Shown here one piece after another: positions 11,019-20,819 of a stretch of 64,000 nt of DNA. Positions within the stretch are counted from its first letter, which is position 1. Every line of letters begins with the position of its first letter. The position numbers and the translations under genes are program-made. Source of the DNA: Escherichia coli (GTDB lineage: Bacteria > Pseudomonadota > Gammaproteobacteria > Enterobacterales > Enterobacteriaceae); the NCBI RefSeq assembly GCF_003790525.1, contig NZ_CP033635.1; one strand, written 5' to 3'. The notes under the pieces were generated by a model, which did no database searches, was not told the origin of the DNA, and saw only the letters and a list, made by a program, of their open reading frames with translations.

Positions 11019-14000
11019 ATGAATAAGATATATAAAGTCATTTGGAACCATACAACCCAAAAATGGGATGTTGTTTCAGAATTGACGAGTTGTAGAAAAA
11101 AATGTAAATCAACTCGCTTAGGAATTGCTTTATCAGCAATGGTTCTGGGGGGCGCTATTGCAATTAATTGCAATAACGCAATGGCAGATGTCATATTGTC
11201 ACCAGACTGGCGTCCGGGTACGAATAACTCGGGTGTTGGGGCTGCAACAGTAAGTGGTAAAACCGAATACATCACTGGTCCAAATGTCGTCCAGTCTGGT
11301 GGGTCAGGTCTTATCTGGATGACTGTAGAACAGGCAATTTTAAATGGTTACACCACTGGAGATAATTTATCCGGATTGATTTACGTCAATACCGGAGAAA
11401 AAACAAAAACCATTACAGTGAAGGATGAGGTTACTGGCGCTTATCAAACACTTCAAGTGTTTGATACTGACTCTTTCTCACAACGCGATGCGGGGACTGG
11501 AGGAAATGAAACCATTCCTGGTTTTAGTGGCACTGCAGATTTTTTCAATGCGACACGTTTTGTAACAGCCAATAATGGCGGTACAGCTATTTTGGATGTG
11601 GGTTCACCAGCAATCGGTAATTTTTTTAAAAATACACAGCTTGCTGTAGCTGATGGAGAAGGTTCCTCTGTTGTATGGAACTCGGTCAATGATTTTTATT
11701 TTCAGCCTGGTGCAACCATGCAGGGGGGCGGCGTTACTCAAAAAATCATTGACTCAATGAAATATGCTGGAACAATTACTGATTGGGCGGGAAAAGTACA
11801 CCATATTAACTCTCTTGATGATTTAAAGCAATATAATCAATATTTGATAAAGTCACTAGAGGACAAAACGCTTTCTTATAAGCAGTATGATGCTGAATTT
11901 AATAAGGCCCTTATTGTCACCAAGCATAATTACAATGTGGATATGACCGCTGGGGGACGTATAGACTCAACTCCTTACAAAGAAAATGTAGGGCTGCTTG
12001 CTGTTCTCCATGCAACCAATAACGCACGAGCAATATTAGGTAAAACGGGTAAATTAACTGGAGTTCTTCCTGCCTATGGGAATGGAGGAGGGATCGTTGC
12101 AACTAATGGTGGGACCGGTGTTAATGAAGGGGTCATTGATGCCATTGGTACTGAAATGATTGCCTATCAAGACAGTACCATTGTTAACGATGGTACACTT
12201 TTTGTTTGGGATAATAATGATAAATATGCTCTCCAGGCAGAGGGGATGGTTGCCGGTAGTAATGGTTCTTCAGCCATTAATAATGGTGTTATTAATATTC
12301 GCCCATTTAAAAATGCTTTCGCTCCAGAGGGGATTAACACCGCAATTGTTGTTAGTAATGGGGGCATGGCAACAAATAAAGGCACAATAAATATTACTGC
12401 CGATGCATCAACTAATGATAATAATGGCAAAACACGAGGTGTAAATGTTGGAGCTGGAGGCTCTTTTATTAACTCGGCCTTCGGGAGCATCAATGTAGGT
12501 ATTGCGGAGGATAAAACTGCGACTCATTCGGCTGTGGGTTCTGTTGCGATTGAAGTACAAAATGGTGCAAACAAAGTCGTTAATGAAGGTACTATTTTTT
12601 TGGGCAGGGGGGCTCAGGGGAACTACGGAATCCTGGCAAAGGATGCCGGGAGTGTTGATGTGGTAAATAAAGGGACTATCACTATTGACGGTTATGACAG
12701 TGATGCACCTGCACTGAATGTTGGCATGCTGGCAAATAATAGCTCCGGGATGAAAAACTCCGGGATTATCAATGTTAATGGTCTGAACAGTACCGGGCTA
12801 CAGGTAATCAATGCAGGGCAATTAAATTCTGACGGTACGATAAATGTTGGCGGCGAGGGTATCAGTAGTGGTTTCCGTAACTATGGTGCCTGGGTGGAAG
12901 GTGCCAGAAGCAATGTTAATGTATCCGGAAAAATCAATCTTTCCGGTACTGGTGCTGTGGGGGTTTTTGCCAAAGATGGCGGCAGTCTTACCTTGTCAGG
13001 CAATGGTGCAGTGCTATTTGGCAGCAGCGATCAGATAGGCTTTTATGTCTATGGAAAGGACTCTGCCATTCATAATACCGGAAGCGGTGTTATGGATGTG
13101 TCCACTGAAAACTCAACATTATTCCGTATTGCCAGCGGTGCGACATTCCAGGGAACTGCAGATGCTTCTTCTGCACTTACGGCGTCTGGTAAGAACTCTT
13201 ATGCACTTATTGCCACGGGGAAATCGGATGGCGGTGTGGCCTCGACAGTAACGTCTGGAGGAATGACCATCAACCTGACGGGGGAGGGGGCTACAGCGAC
13301 TTTAATTGAAGGGGGAGCGCAGGGCACAATTGAAAGTAATGCCATTATCAATATGGATAATGCCAGTGCAATAGCCGGTATTGCGGATGGCAATGGCTAT
13401 GATATTTCCGGCAAACTCATTAATCCGAAGGACAAGACCACACTATTAACGGCGGGGGCTCAGTTAAGTTCCACCCAGGATAAAGTGACCGGGTATATCG
13501 CCCGTAATGGGGCCACTCTAAATAATACCGGTAATATCATCTTTACTGGAAAGAATACAGTGGGCGTCCGGGTTGAGGAGGGTGCTGTTGGTACCAACAG
13601 CGGAAATATTACAGTTCAGGATGGTGGTGTGGGACTAATTGCTAATGCCACACAAGATGTTACAACGATTAATAACTCGGGAAATCTCGTTCTCAAGGGG
13701 GGAGATAATGCTAACCGTACAACGGGTATAAAAGCATCTGGTACAACAACAACGGTTAATATGACCGCGGGTACTATATCTTTGCAGGGACAGGGGGCGA
13801 TTGGCGTTGAGGCCAGCAATAAAGGGACTGTTAACCTTGATGGCTCGGCAGTACCGAACTTTGCTTCTGACGGCTCTGGTATTACCGATCAGATTGCTTT
13901 TCGTATTATCGGAGATGGTGCAACCATTAAGACGAATATTGCACCGGGAACTCTGCTGGATGCCAGTGGGGAACGTTCTGTACTTTTCCGTATTGAAGAT

Positions 14001-17000
14001 GGGGCAAAACAGGCCGGCTCTTTGCTGATGAAAACCTCCGGGACAGGCAGCCGTGGTATCTGGGCCACAGGGAAAGGGAGCAATGTCCTGGCTGATGCTG
14101 GCAGTGATTTCCAGATCCTGGGCGCTCAGGCTCAGGGATTATATGTAACTGGTGGTGCGACAGCGACGCTGAAACAGGGGGCATCAGTTAACCTTGTAGG
14201 GGATGGCGCTGTTGTCGCGGAAGTTGACGGAAATGAATACGCTCTGGATGGCAGTATTACACAAACGAATACTGGCTCGGTTATTACCAATGAGGCAGAT
14301 ATCTCTTCGCCGCTGAATAATGCCAAGGGCTTTATTACGCGTAATCAGGGACTGTTGATTAACAGCGGCAACATTGATTTCACTACCGGTACAGATAATA
14401 TCGGCGTCTGGGTTGATAATGGTCGTTTTGAAAATACAGGAAGCCGTATAGCGGTCAATGGCGTTGCATTATTTGTTGAAGGTGAACACGCTCAGATTAC
14501 CAGCACGGGAGGGGATATCGTCGCTGTGGATGGTGAGGCTGCCATTAAGCTGGGGGCGGGCGCGTCACTGAACCTGGCAGGGAGTGGCCTGGGAACGATC
14601 GAAGGTCAGAAAAATGCGCATGGCATCCTGCTGGATACAGGGGCTGTGGGGCTGGTTATTGATGGTGCGAAAATCAATGTTAATGCTGCAGGTGCGGTCG
14701 GTCACGGGATTGAGAACCGTGCAGAAATTGAAGGCATTCAGTTAACCAATACGACTGAAATTAATGTGGCTGATGGCATTGGTGTGCGAACTTCTGCTTC
14801 TCTGGCCAAGACCAACAGCGGCACTATTAATGTAGACGGCAGTGGAATTGCACTGGCGTTCCAGAAAGCTGACGGAAGTGAAACCGATAATAACCTGGAT
14901 ATGTCTGACTCCGGCGGATTAGTCATTAATCTGAAAGGCACGGGCGGCACGGGTATTTTCGCCAACACTAAAGATGGTGCTGTCGTGAAGAGTGGTGCAA
15001 GTGTCAATGTTACACAGGCCGATGGCGGTTCCGCTCTGGTGGTTAACAATGCGGCCAGTGAAGTGGTTCAGAGCGGTAATCTCATCTCTGCTTCTCTGAG
15101 TCATGCCGTAGTGGATGCTTCAAAAGCACAGTCCTTTACCAATAAAGGTCAGATTAAAGCTGCGTCCGCCACCGGGACTGCAATGGCGTTTGATGACGCC
15201 GTGAATACCACCGTACTGAATGACAGCGGTGCTGAAATTCAGGGGGTTGTGGCTCTGAACGGCGGTGATAACACATTCACCAATAAAGGCAGTATTACCG
15301 GAACCGTCAGTGCAAAAGAGGGTAACAATACATTTTTATTTGATGATGGCAGCATACTGACAGGAGAAGTGGCTGCAGGAAATGGCAATAACAATGTAAC
15401 GCTCAATGGTAAGGCTCATGTTGATAAGGTTACTGCCGGTACCGGGAAGAACACCTTCACCATTAAAGGCGAAGGGGCAACCTGGAACCTGCTGGATGGC
15501 GGGCAGGGAGATTCTGATTCCCTGATTTTTGATAACGCCATTCATACGCTGGATTCTGCTGTAAAACTACGGAATTTTGAACATGTCGGGCTGAAGAACA
15601 GTTCGCTTGTCACTCTGAAGGAAGCTCTTGTGCTGACCGATGGGGGGACCGGCCCGGGTTCCGTCGATATTGAATCGGGCAGCGAACTGGCCATTATTCC
15701 CGCAGTTGCAGGCAACTTTACCTTTGATCCACTGTTAACAGGCAAAGGAACACTGTCTGCCCGTCTTGATGCCGACACATCTGCTTTTGAATTCAGCCAT
15801 AACGTCGGGGATCAATTTGCCGGAACTCTGAAGCTGGGTACCAGTAGCTTTGCTCTGGAAGGGCTGAATACGAGCGGGTTAACCCATGCAATGCTGATGT
15901 CTGAAACCGGGAATATCACAACGGTTGGCTCCGGTGTTCAGCAGATTGGCGGTCTTGGGTTCAATGGCGGAACGCTGATTTTTGGTTCCGTTATGCCGGG
16001 CGATACCATTGCCAGCAACAGTATTGAAACCTCTGCTGCAGGTACGCTGGATATCCGGGGGAAAGGCACAATTCAGGTCACCATGCCAGATGAAGTGATT
16101 AATGATATTCCGGCTGTTGATACCCGTAAGAATTTGCTGGAGCAGGATGATGCGCAGACCCTGGTCACACTGGTGAATGCAGCGGGTACCGTCACCGGTA
16201 CTGGCGGGCAACTGCAACTGGTGGATGAAAACGGGCAGGCTATTTCTCACAGTCAGACGTTTGATGTCACTCAGGGCGGTGAAGTTGTAGCTCAGGGAAA
16301 TTATGACTATAAGCTGCTGGGAAGCTCCGACGGTGTTAAAGGTGACGGACTGTACATAGGCTATGGGCTGAAGTCGCTGGATTTACAGGGAACCGGTGAT
16401 AAAGCGCTGGTGCTGACACCGAGAGCGAATGCCCAGGGACTGCAGACAGATCTTGGTGCACAGTTAACGGGGGCAGGGGATCTGGCCATCGAAGCTGCGG
16501 GGCAGGTTGTCACACTGTCTAACGGCGGTAATAACTACACCGGGGATACGCTGGTGCGCAGCGGCACACTGCAGATGGCAAATGATAATGTGCTTGGCGC
16601 TACAGGTAGCCTGAACGTTGCCAGCAATGCCGTCTTCAGAACAGACGGATACAGCCAGACGGTGGGTGCACTGCAGACAGAAACGGGAGCGCACATTCAG
16701 CTTGATAGCGGTAGTGTACTCACGGTCAGCGGCACGCAGCGTCAGCCGGGCGATGATAATGGTGGCATCATTGAAAACAATGTGCTGACCGGAGACGGTA
16801 CGCTGGCTGTCACGGGCAGCAATCTGACGGTACATGGCACCAATATCGGGTTCACCGGTAATGTCAGCCTTACCCGGGGTTCGCTGGTTGAAATGAACGG
16901 CGCACAGGGGCTGGGAAGCCAGGGCTCCATCAGCTTTGAAAGCCTTAATGATCGCCTGGCGATTGATATCGCCGACGGTAGCGGAGTCAGCAGTAACCTG

Positions 17001-18932
17001 AGTAAATCGCTTTCCGGAAAAGGTTCAGTGGGCATACTGAACACCACTGATCTGACACTTTCCGGAGATAACCGTAATTTCAGCGGTGAATTCCGTGTGC
17101 AGAAAGATGCTGCTCTGCGGGCTTCAGATGAAAAACACCTGGGCACCGGGCTGATTGACAGTGATGGTGTCACCTGGCTTACCGCCAGTGGAAACTGGTT
17201 ACTGAAGAATGATATTACTGGCTCCGGCGCTCTGGTGAAACAGGGGGCGGGTAATCTGATCATTAATCATGAGCTGACTTATACCGGTGATACCACGGTT
17301 GAGAATGGCGTTCTGATTGTCGGTGATGATTCAGTCACCCGTGCCGCTGGCGCGACGTTGTCAGGATCCAAAAACATTCATGTTCTTAATGGCGGCACAC
17401 TGAGTGGGCTGGGGACCGTTTCGGGTCAGGTTAATAACCAGGGAACACTGGCATCACTGAATGCTCTCTCAGGTTATGAAACGGCAGAGGCGGGCAATTT
17501 TACCGTTGGCTCACTGACCAATACCGGCGTCATTCGTCTGGCCGGTGGTAAGACAGGAAATACCCTGACCGTAAATGGCGATTACACTGGTGGCGGTACG
17601 TTAATTATCAATACCGTGCTGGGGGATGATACTTCTGCCACTGACAAACTGATTGTCACGGGTAACACCTCCGGTGATACCGGCGTGGTGGTGAATAATG
17701 TCCGGGGCCAGGGGGCTCAGACCGCTGACGGCATTGAGATTGTGCATGTCGGTGGGCAGTCTGACGGTAACTTCAGACTGCAGAACCGTGCGGTGGCAGG
17801 GGCATGGGAATATTTCCTGCATAAAGGTAATGCGGGTGGTACTGACGGTAACTGGTATCTGCGTTCTGAATTGCCGCCAGAACCACAACCGCAGCCGCAG
17901 CCACAACCGCAGCCACAGCCACACCCCACGCCGGATAAACCTGTACAGAAGGTCTATCGTCCGGAAGCGGGCTCTTATATTGCGAACATAGCGGCAGCCA
18001 ACACGCTGTTCAACATCAGAATGCACGATCGTGAGGGGGAAACTTACTATACCGATGTGTTTACTGGTGAGAAGAAAGCAACAAGTATGTGGATGCGTCA
18101 TATCGGCGGTCATAATCGCTGGAAGGACAGCAGTTCACAGCTGAATACGCAAAGTAACCGTTATGTTGTGCAACTGGGTGGCAGCATTGCGCAATGGACT
18201 GACGGTCAGGACCGTCTGCAACTGGGGATTATGGCCGGTTATGGAAATGAGAAGAGTTCCACGACATCCTCGCTTTCGGGATATAAATCTAAAGGTGCGA
18301 TCAATGGATACAGCACCGGTTTATACGGAACGTGGCAGCAGAATGACGGTAATGACAACGGGGCTTATGTCGATACCTGGATCCAGTACGGATGGTTTAA
18401 TAATACCGTTAATGGTGAAAAACTGGCTGCGGAGTCCTGGAAATCCCGTGGATTTACCGGTTCAGTGGAAGCGGGTTATACCTTTAAAGCCGGCGAATTT
18501 ACCGGTAGCCAGGGTAGTCACTATGACTGGTATATTCAGCCGCAGTCCCAGATCACGTGGATGAATGTAAGAGCCAGTGAGCATACGGAGAAGAATGGCA
18601 CGAAAGTTCAGCTCAGCGGAGACGGTAATATCCAGAGTCGTCTGGGCGTCAGAACTTACCTGAAAGGTAAGAGTGCGTCTGATGATAATAAGGCGCATCA
18701 GTTCGAGCCATTTGTGGAAGTTAACTGGATCCATAATACACGGAGCTGGGGTGTCAAAATGGATAATACGGCACTCAGTCAGGACGGAGCTACAAATATT
18801 GCTGAAGTCAAAACGGGTGTTCAGGGTAAATTGTCAGATAACCTGAATGTCTGGGGCAATGTTGGTGTTCAGGCTGGCGATAAAGGGTACAGTGATGCCC
18901 AGGCAATGCTGGGTATTAAATATATATTCTAA
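11019..18932 (+). CDS. upaE: giant AIDA-I-type (type Va) autotransporter adhesin
   Basis: The 2637-aa ORF starts with an ESPR-type extended signal peptide (MNKIYKVIWNHTTQKWDVVSELT). A long Gly/Asn/Thr-rich beta-helical passenger follows, then a PQ linker and a C-terminal beta-barrel ending in KYIF. The symbol follows the ipuR-linked locus of CFT073. Confidence 0.85.
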   Translation: MNKIYKVIWNHTTQKWDVVSELTSCRKKCKSTRLGIALSAMVLGGAIAINCNNAMADVILSPDWRPGTNNSGVGAATVSGKTEYITGPNVVQSGGSGLIWMTVEQAILNGYTTGDNLSGLIYVNTGEKTKTITVKDEVTGAYQTLQVFDTDSFSQRDAGTGGNETIPGFSGTADFFNATRFVTANNGGTAILDVGSPAIGNFFKNTQLAVADGEGSSVVWNSVNDFYFQPGATMQGGGVTQKIIDSMKYAGTITDWAGKVHHINSLDDLKQYNQYLIKSLEDKTLSYKQYDAEFNKALIVTKHNYNVDMTAGGRIDSTPYKENVGLLAVLHATNNARAILGKTGKLTGVLPAYGNGGGIVATNGGTGVNEGVIDAIGTEMIAYQDSTIVNDGTLFVWDNNDKYALQAEGMVAGSNGSSAINNGVINIRPFKNAFAPEGINTAIVVSNGGMATNKGTINITADASTNDNNGKTRGVNVGAGGSFINSAFGSINVGIAEDKTATHSAVGSVAIEVQNGANKVVNEGTIFLGRGAQGNYGILAKDAGSVDVVNKGTITIDGYDSDAPALNVGMLANNSSGMKNSGIINVNGLNSTGLQVINAGQLNSDGTINVGGEGISSGFRNYGAWVEGARSNVNVSGKINLSGTGAVGVFAKDGGSLTLSGNGAVLFGSSDQIGFYVYGKDSAIHNTGSGVMDVSTENSTLFRIASGATFQGTADASSALTASGKNSYALIATGKSDGGVASTVTSGGMTINLTGEGATATLIEGGAQGTIESNAIINMDNASAIAGIADGNGYDISGKLINPKDKTTLLTAGAQLSSTQDKVTGYIARNGATLNNTGNIIFTGKNTVGVRVEEGAVGTNSGNITVQDGGVGLIANATQDVTTINNSGNLVLKGGDNANRTTGIKASGTTTTVNMTAGTISLQGQGAIGVEASNKGTVNLDGSAVPNFASDGSGITDQIAFRIIGDGATIKTNIAPGTLLDASGERSVLFRIEDGAKQAGSLLMKTSGTGSRGIWATGKGSNVLADAGSDFQILGAQAQGLYVTGGATATLKQGASVNLVGDGAVVAEVDGNEYALDGSITQTNTGSVITNEADISSPLNNAKGFITRNQGLLINSGNIDFTTGTDNIGVWVDNGRFENTGSRIAVNGVALFVEGEHAQITSTGGDIVAVDGEAAIKLGAGASLNLAGSGLGTIEGQKNAHGILLDTGAVGLVIDGAKINVNAAGAVGHGIENRAEIEGIQLTNTTEINVADGIGVRTSASLAKTNSGTINVDGSGIALAFQKADGSETDNNLDMSDSGGLVINLKGTGGTGIFANTKDGAVVKSGASVNVTQADGGSALVVNNAASEVVQSGNLISASLSHAVVDASKAQSFTNKGQIKAASATGTAMAFDDAVNTTVLNDSGAEIQGVVALNGGDNTFTNKGSITGTVSAKEGNNTFLFDDGSILTGEVAAGNGNNNVTLNGKAHVDKVTAGTGKNTFTIKGEGATWNLLDGGQGDSDSLIFDNAIHTLDSAVKLRNFEHVGLKNSSLVTLKEALVLTDGGTGPGSVDIESGSELAIIPAVAGNFTFDPLLTGKGTLSARLDADTSAFEFSHNVGDQFAGTLKLGTSSFALEGLNTSGLTHAMLMSETGNITTVGSGVQQIGGLGFNGGTLIFGSVMPGDTIASNSIETSAAGTLDIRGKGTIQVTMPDEVINDIPAVDTRKNLLEQDDAQTLVTLVNAAGTVTGTGGQLQLVDENGQAISHSQTFDVTQGGEVVAQGNYDYKLLGSSDGVKGDGLYIGYGLKSLDLQGTGDKALVLTPRANAQGLQTDLGAQLTGAGDLAIEAAGQVVTLSNGGNNYTGDTLVRSGTLQMANDNVLGATGSLNVASNAVFRTDGYSQTVGALQTETGAHIQLDSGSVLTVSGTQRQPGDDNGGIIENNVLTGDGTLAVTGSNLTVHGTNIGFTGNVSLTRGSLVEMNGAQGLGSQGSISFESLNDRLAIDIADGSGVSSNLSKSLSGKGSVGILNTTDLTLSGDNRNFSGEFRVQKDAALRASDEKHLGTGLIDSDGVTWLTASGNWLLKNDITGSGALVKQGAGNLIINHELTYTGDTTVENGVLIVGDDSVTRAAGATLSGSKNIHVLNGGTLSGLGTVSGQVNNQGTLASLNALSGYETAEAGNFTVGSLTNTGVIRLAGGKTGNTLTVNGDYTGGGTLIINTVLGDDTSATDKLIVTGNTSGDTGVVVNNVRGQGAQTADGIEIVHVGGQSDGNFRLQNRAVAGAWEYFLHKGNAGGTDGNWYLRSELPPEPQPQPQPQPQPQPHPTPDKPVQKVYRPEAGSYIANIAAANTLFNIRMHDREGETYYTDVFTGEKKATSMWMRHIGGHNRWKDSSSQLNTQSNRYVVQLGGSIAQWTDGQDRLQLGIMAGYGNEKSSTTSSLSGYKSKGAINGYSTGLYGTWQQNDGNDNGAYVDTWIQYGWFNNTVNGEKLAAESWKSRGFTGSVEAGYTFKAGEFTGSQGSHYDWYIQPQSQITWMNVRASEHTEKNGTKVQLSGDGNIQSRLGVRTYLKGKSASDDNKAHQFEPFVEVNWIHNTRSWGVKMDNTALSQDGATNIAEVKTGVQGKLSDNLNVWGNVGVQAGDKGYSDAQAMLGIKYIF
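17874..17933 (+). repeat. CCNCAR dinucleotide-codon repeat encoding the (PQ)n linker PPEPQPQPQPQPQPQPHPTP
   Basis: The repeat ccacaaccgcagccgcagccacaaccgcagccacagcc is read directly. It lies between passenger and barrel, as in AIDA-like autotransporters. Confidence 0.9.
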
Positions 18933-18939
18933 TCACACA

Positions 18940-18964
18940 GTGGCAGGAGGGGACCTCCTGCCAC
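18940..18964 (+). other. GC-rich stem-loop between the autotransporter and the skp-like gene, with no T-tract
   Basis: The hairpin gtggcaggagg-gga-cctcctgccac lies 8 nt after the upaE stop and 15 nt before the next start. Confidence 0.6.
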
Positions 18965-18979
18965 CTCAGGGTTGTCATA

Positions 18980-19510
18980 ATGAGTTCTGTAATGAAATTT
19001 TCTGTTGTTAATGCAGTAGTGCTGCTGTTGCTGATTGTACTTACTGGTGTTTTTTATATGAAAAAGTCAAAAGAAATTGCAGTTGTTAATATCGATGCTA
19101 TTTATAATCAGTCTGCCGCCGGAGACATGGCCAGAAAACATCTGAATGAGGTTAAGAGTATTCTTGAAAAAGGATATGAGGATGCGCAAAAAGTATTCGC
19201 AGATAACGCGAATAAAGAGGCGCTGCTTCTTGATGCCAGACAAAAACTGGAACGACAATATGTTATTGAGGAAAATAGCGCAAAAATGGTGTTATCCCGT
19301 GCGATAGATAATGCTATAGGCACATGGAGAAAAGACAATCCTAAAAATATTGCCGTATTGTCTTCAGGTGTTGTGCTTGCGCATAACGAGTCAGCTGATA
19401 TCACCAAAGAAGTCATGACTCTGGTTGAAAAAGAAAATCTGGTTTTTAATAAATTACCCAAAGTGGAAGTGCACAATAAGAATGAAGAGAAACCAGAACA
19501 AAGTAAGTAA
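18980..19510 (+). CDS. Skp/OmpH-like periplasmic chaperone paralog
   Basis: The 176-aa ORF has an N-terminal hydrophobic segment, then IAVVNIDAIYNQS followed by a long charged helical region. This is the OmpH-family pattern. The start could be 18992. Confidence 0.6.
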   Translation: MSSVMKFSVVNAVVLLLLIVLTGVFYMKKSKEIAVVNIDAIYNQSAAGDMARKHLNEVKSILEKGYEDAQKVFADNANKEALLLDARQKLERQYVIEENSAKMVLSRAIDNAIGTWRKDNPKNIAVLSSGVVLAHNESADITKEVMTLVEKENLVFNKLPKVEVHNKNEEKPEQSK

Positions 19511-19947
19511 TCACTAGATTCTGACGATTTCCAGAAGGGAGATTCAGCAGGCCAGCATCTGTAATCATTCAGATTTTCTGGCTTGCTGCTAAATATGGTT
19601 GCTGAGAAAAATAGCAGTCCAGTAATTTATTCAGATTACTGAATATAATAATTTTTCAGGAACGGTTATGCTGAAGGTAGTATGTTTAATCGACACAATT
19701 ATTTGCTGTGTCTAATATGAGGTGACATTTTTATGATCACTGACCAGCAAGACTGACCCGTATTGATTAGCCTGATTATTGGCAACTTATTGGGGTAGTC
19801 ATTTTGACATCGAATGGGGGAGGTTTCCAGTTAAGTTCACGAATGCATGATGATTTGCGTTCACATATCGAAGTGCTGGTTGACTATACTAAGGATTTTA
19901 AGATAACTCACTGATTGTAAGTGGGTTATTGCGAGGGGGATGATAAA

Positions 19948-19966
19948 TGGTGTCCCTGCAGAAATC
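19948..19966. repeat. distal att repeat (degenerate copy of the argW 3' end)
   Basis: tggtgtccc-tgcagaaatc here compares with tggtgtcccctgcaggaatc at 32636-32655. The difference is one 1-nt deletion and one mismatch. Confidence 0.7.
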
Positions 19967-20115
19967 ATCTTAATTATTATTATGTTGATTTATATGTAGT
20001 TTATTTTTGATTTTTTGTTTTTGTACCCGTTTTGTGCCCGTTTTATTCGATTCCCAATTTAAACTTCGATTCTAGAAAGGTGAGTAGGGGAGGTTATCAT
20101 TTCATGTATCATTAT

Positions 20116-20159
20116 TGTAGACACAGAATAATTACTCGCCTATCCTCACTGTAGACACA
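20116..20159. promoter_or_regulatory. direct repeats TGTAGACACA(G/C)AATA x2 upstream of the toxin-antitoxin operon (candidate operator)
   Basis: tgtagacaca occurs at 20116-20125 and 20150-20159, 25-70 nt upstream of the mazE-like start. Confidence 0.45.
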
Positions 20160-20183
20160 CAATAGATACAGGAGTTAACCCAC

Positions 20184-20432
20184 ATGCGCACACAGGTTGT
20201 ATTGCAAAAATGGGGTAATAGCATTGCCCTTCGACTAACGGGAAACCTTAAAACCGTTCCGGGGTTTTCAGTGGGTGATATCGTCAACGTTGAAATTAGT
20301 GAAAAGGGGCTTTTTGTAGAAAAGCCTGCACGCCGTCGCCTGAGTGAAGCCGAATTACTCGCCGGGATAACGCCAGTTACAGCGCACGCGGACGAAATTG
20401 CCACCCCATTCAATGAGGAGGTTGATTACTGA
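20184..20432 (+). CDS. MazE/ChpS-like antitoxin (AbrB/SpoVT fold)
   Basis: The 82-aa ORF contains the motif LQKWGNSIALRL, characteristic of MazE-type antitoxins. It has an acidic C-terminus and a TGATG overlap with the toxin gene. Confidence 0.8.
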   Translation: MRTQVVLQKWGNSIALRLTGNLKTVPGFSVGDIVNVEISEKGLFVEKPARRRLSEAELLAGITPVTAHADEIATPFNEEVDY

Positions 20433-20776
20433 TGTTTGTACCTAAGCGTGGTGATATTTGCTGGCTGGATTTTGAGCCGCAGAAAGGAAAAGAGAGCGGA
20501 AAGTATCGCCCGGCACTCATACTATCCCATGAGCAATATAACCGACTCACCGGGCTTGTCATATGCTGCCCCATAAGTACGAGCATACGAAATGCTCCCA
20601 CAGAAGTTCCGGTAACAAATCTGGACGCCCCCAGCGTGGTAGCAACCACACTCATTCAAACCCTTGACTGGCGTCAGCGGAAAGCGCGCTTAATCACAGA
20701 GGCAGAAGATGGGGTATTTAATGATGTGCTTGAAAGAGTCATTACCCTGATTGGTGGAGAGCATCTGCTTAAGTAA
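20432..20776 (+). CDS. MazF/PemK-family endoribonuclease toxin
   Basis: The 114-aa ORF contains PKRGDICWLDFEPQKGKESGKYRPALILS and VICCPISTS, the MazF/ChpBK pattern. Confidence 0.8.
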   Translation: MFVPKRGDICWLDFEPQKGKESGKYRPALILSHEQYNRLTGLVICCPISTSIRNAPTEVPVTNLDAPSVVATTLIQTLDWRQRKARLITEAEDGVFNDVLERVITLIGGEHLLK

Positions 20777-20779
20777 AAG

Positions 20780-20797
20780 GAGGGCTGAGAAGCCCTC
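20780..20797. terminator. hairpin between the convergent mazF-like and capsid-like genes
   Basis: The hairpin gagggct-gaga-agccctc lies 4 nt after the mazF-like stop. Confidence 0.45.
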
Positions 20798-20819
20798 AAC
20801 GTTACCAGAAATTTCCTTG

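Noticed and set aside
11453-18734. Dozens of 60-170-aa ORFs on the antisense strand or in alternative frames inside the autotransporter gene
   Set aside because: They are fully nested in a 7.9-kb ORF that has clear autotransporter features. Their compositions are low-complexity mirrors of the Gly/Thr/Asn-rich coding frame, and no RBS or start context was seen.
19931-19947. gcgagggggatgataaa just outside the att repeat as a cos remnant (weak resemblance to GGCGAGGCGGGG)
   Set aside because: The match is short and interrupted, and it lies outside the proposed island boundary.
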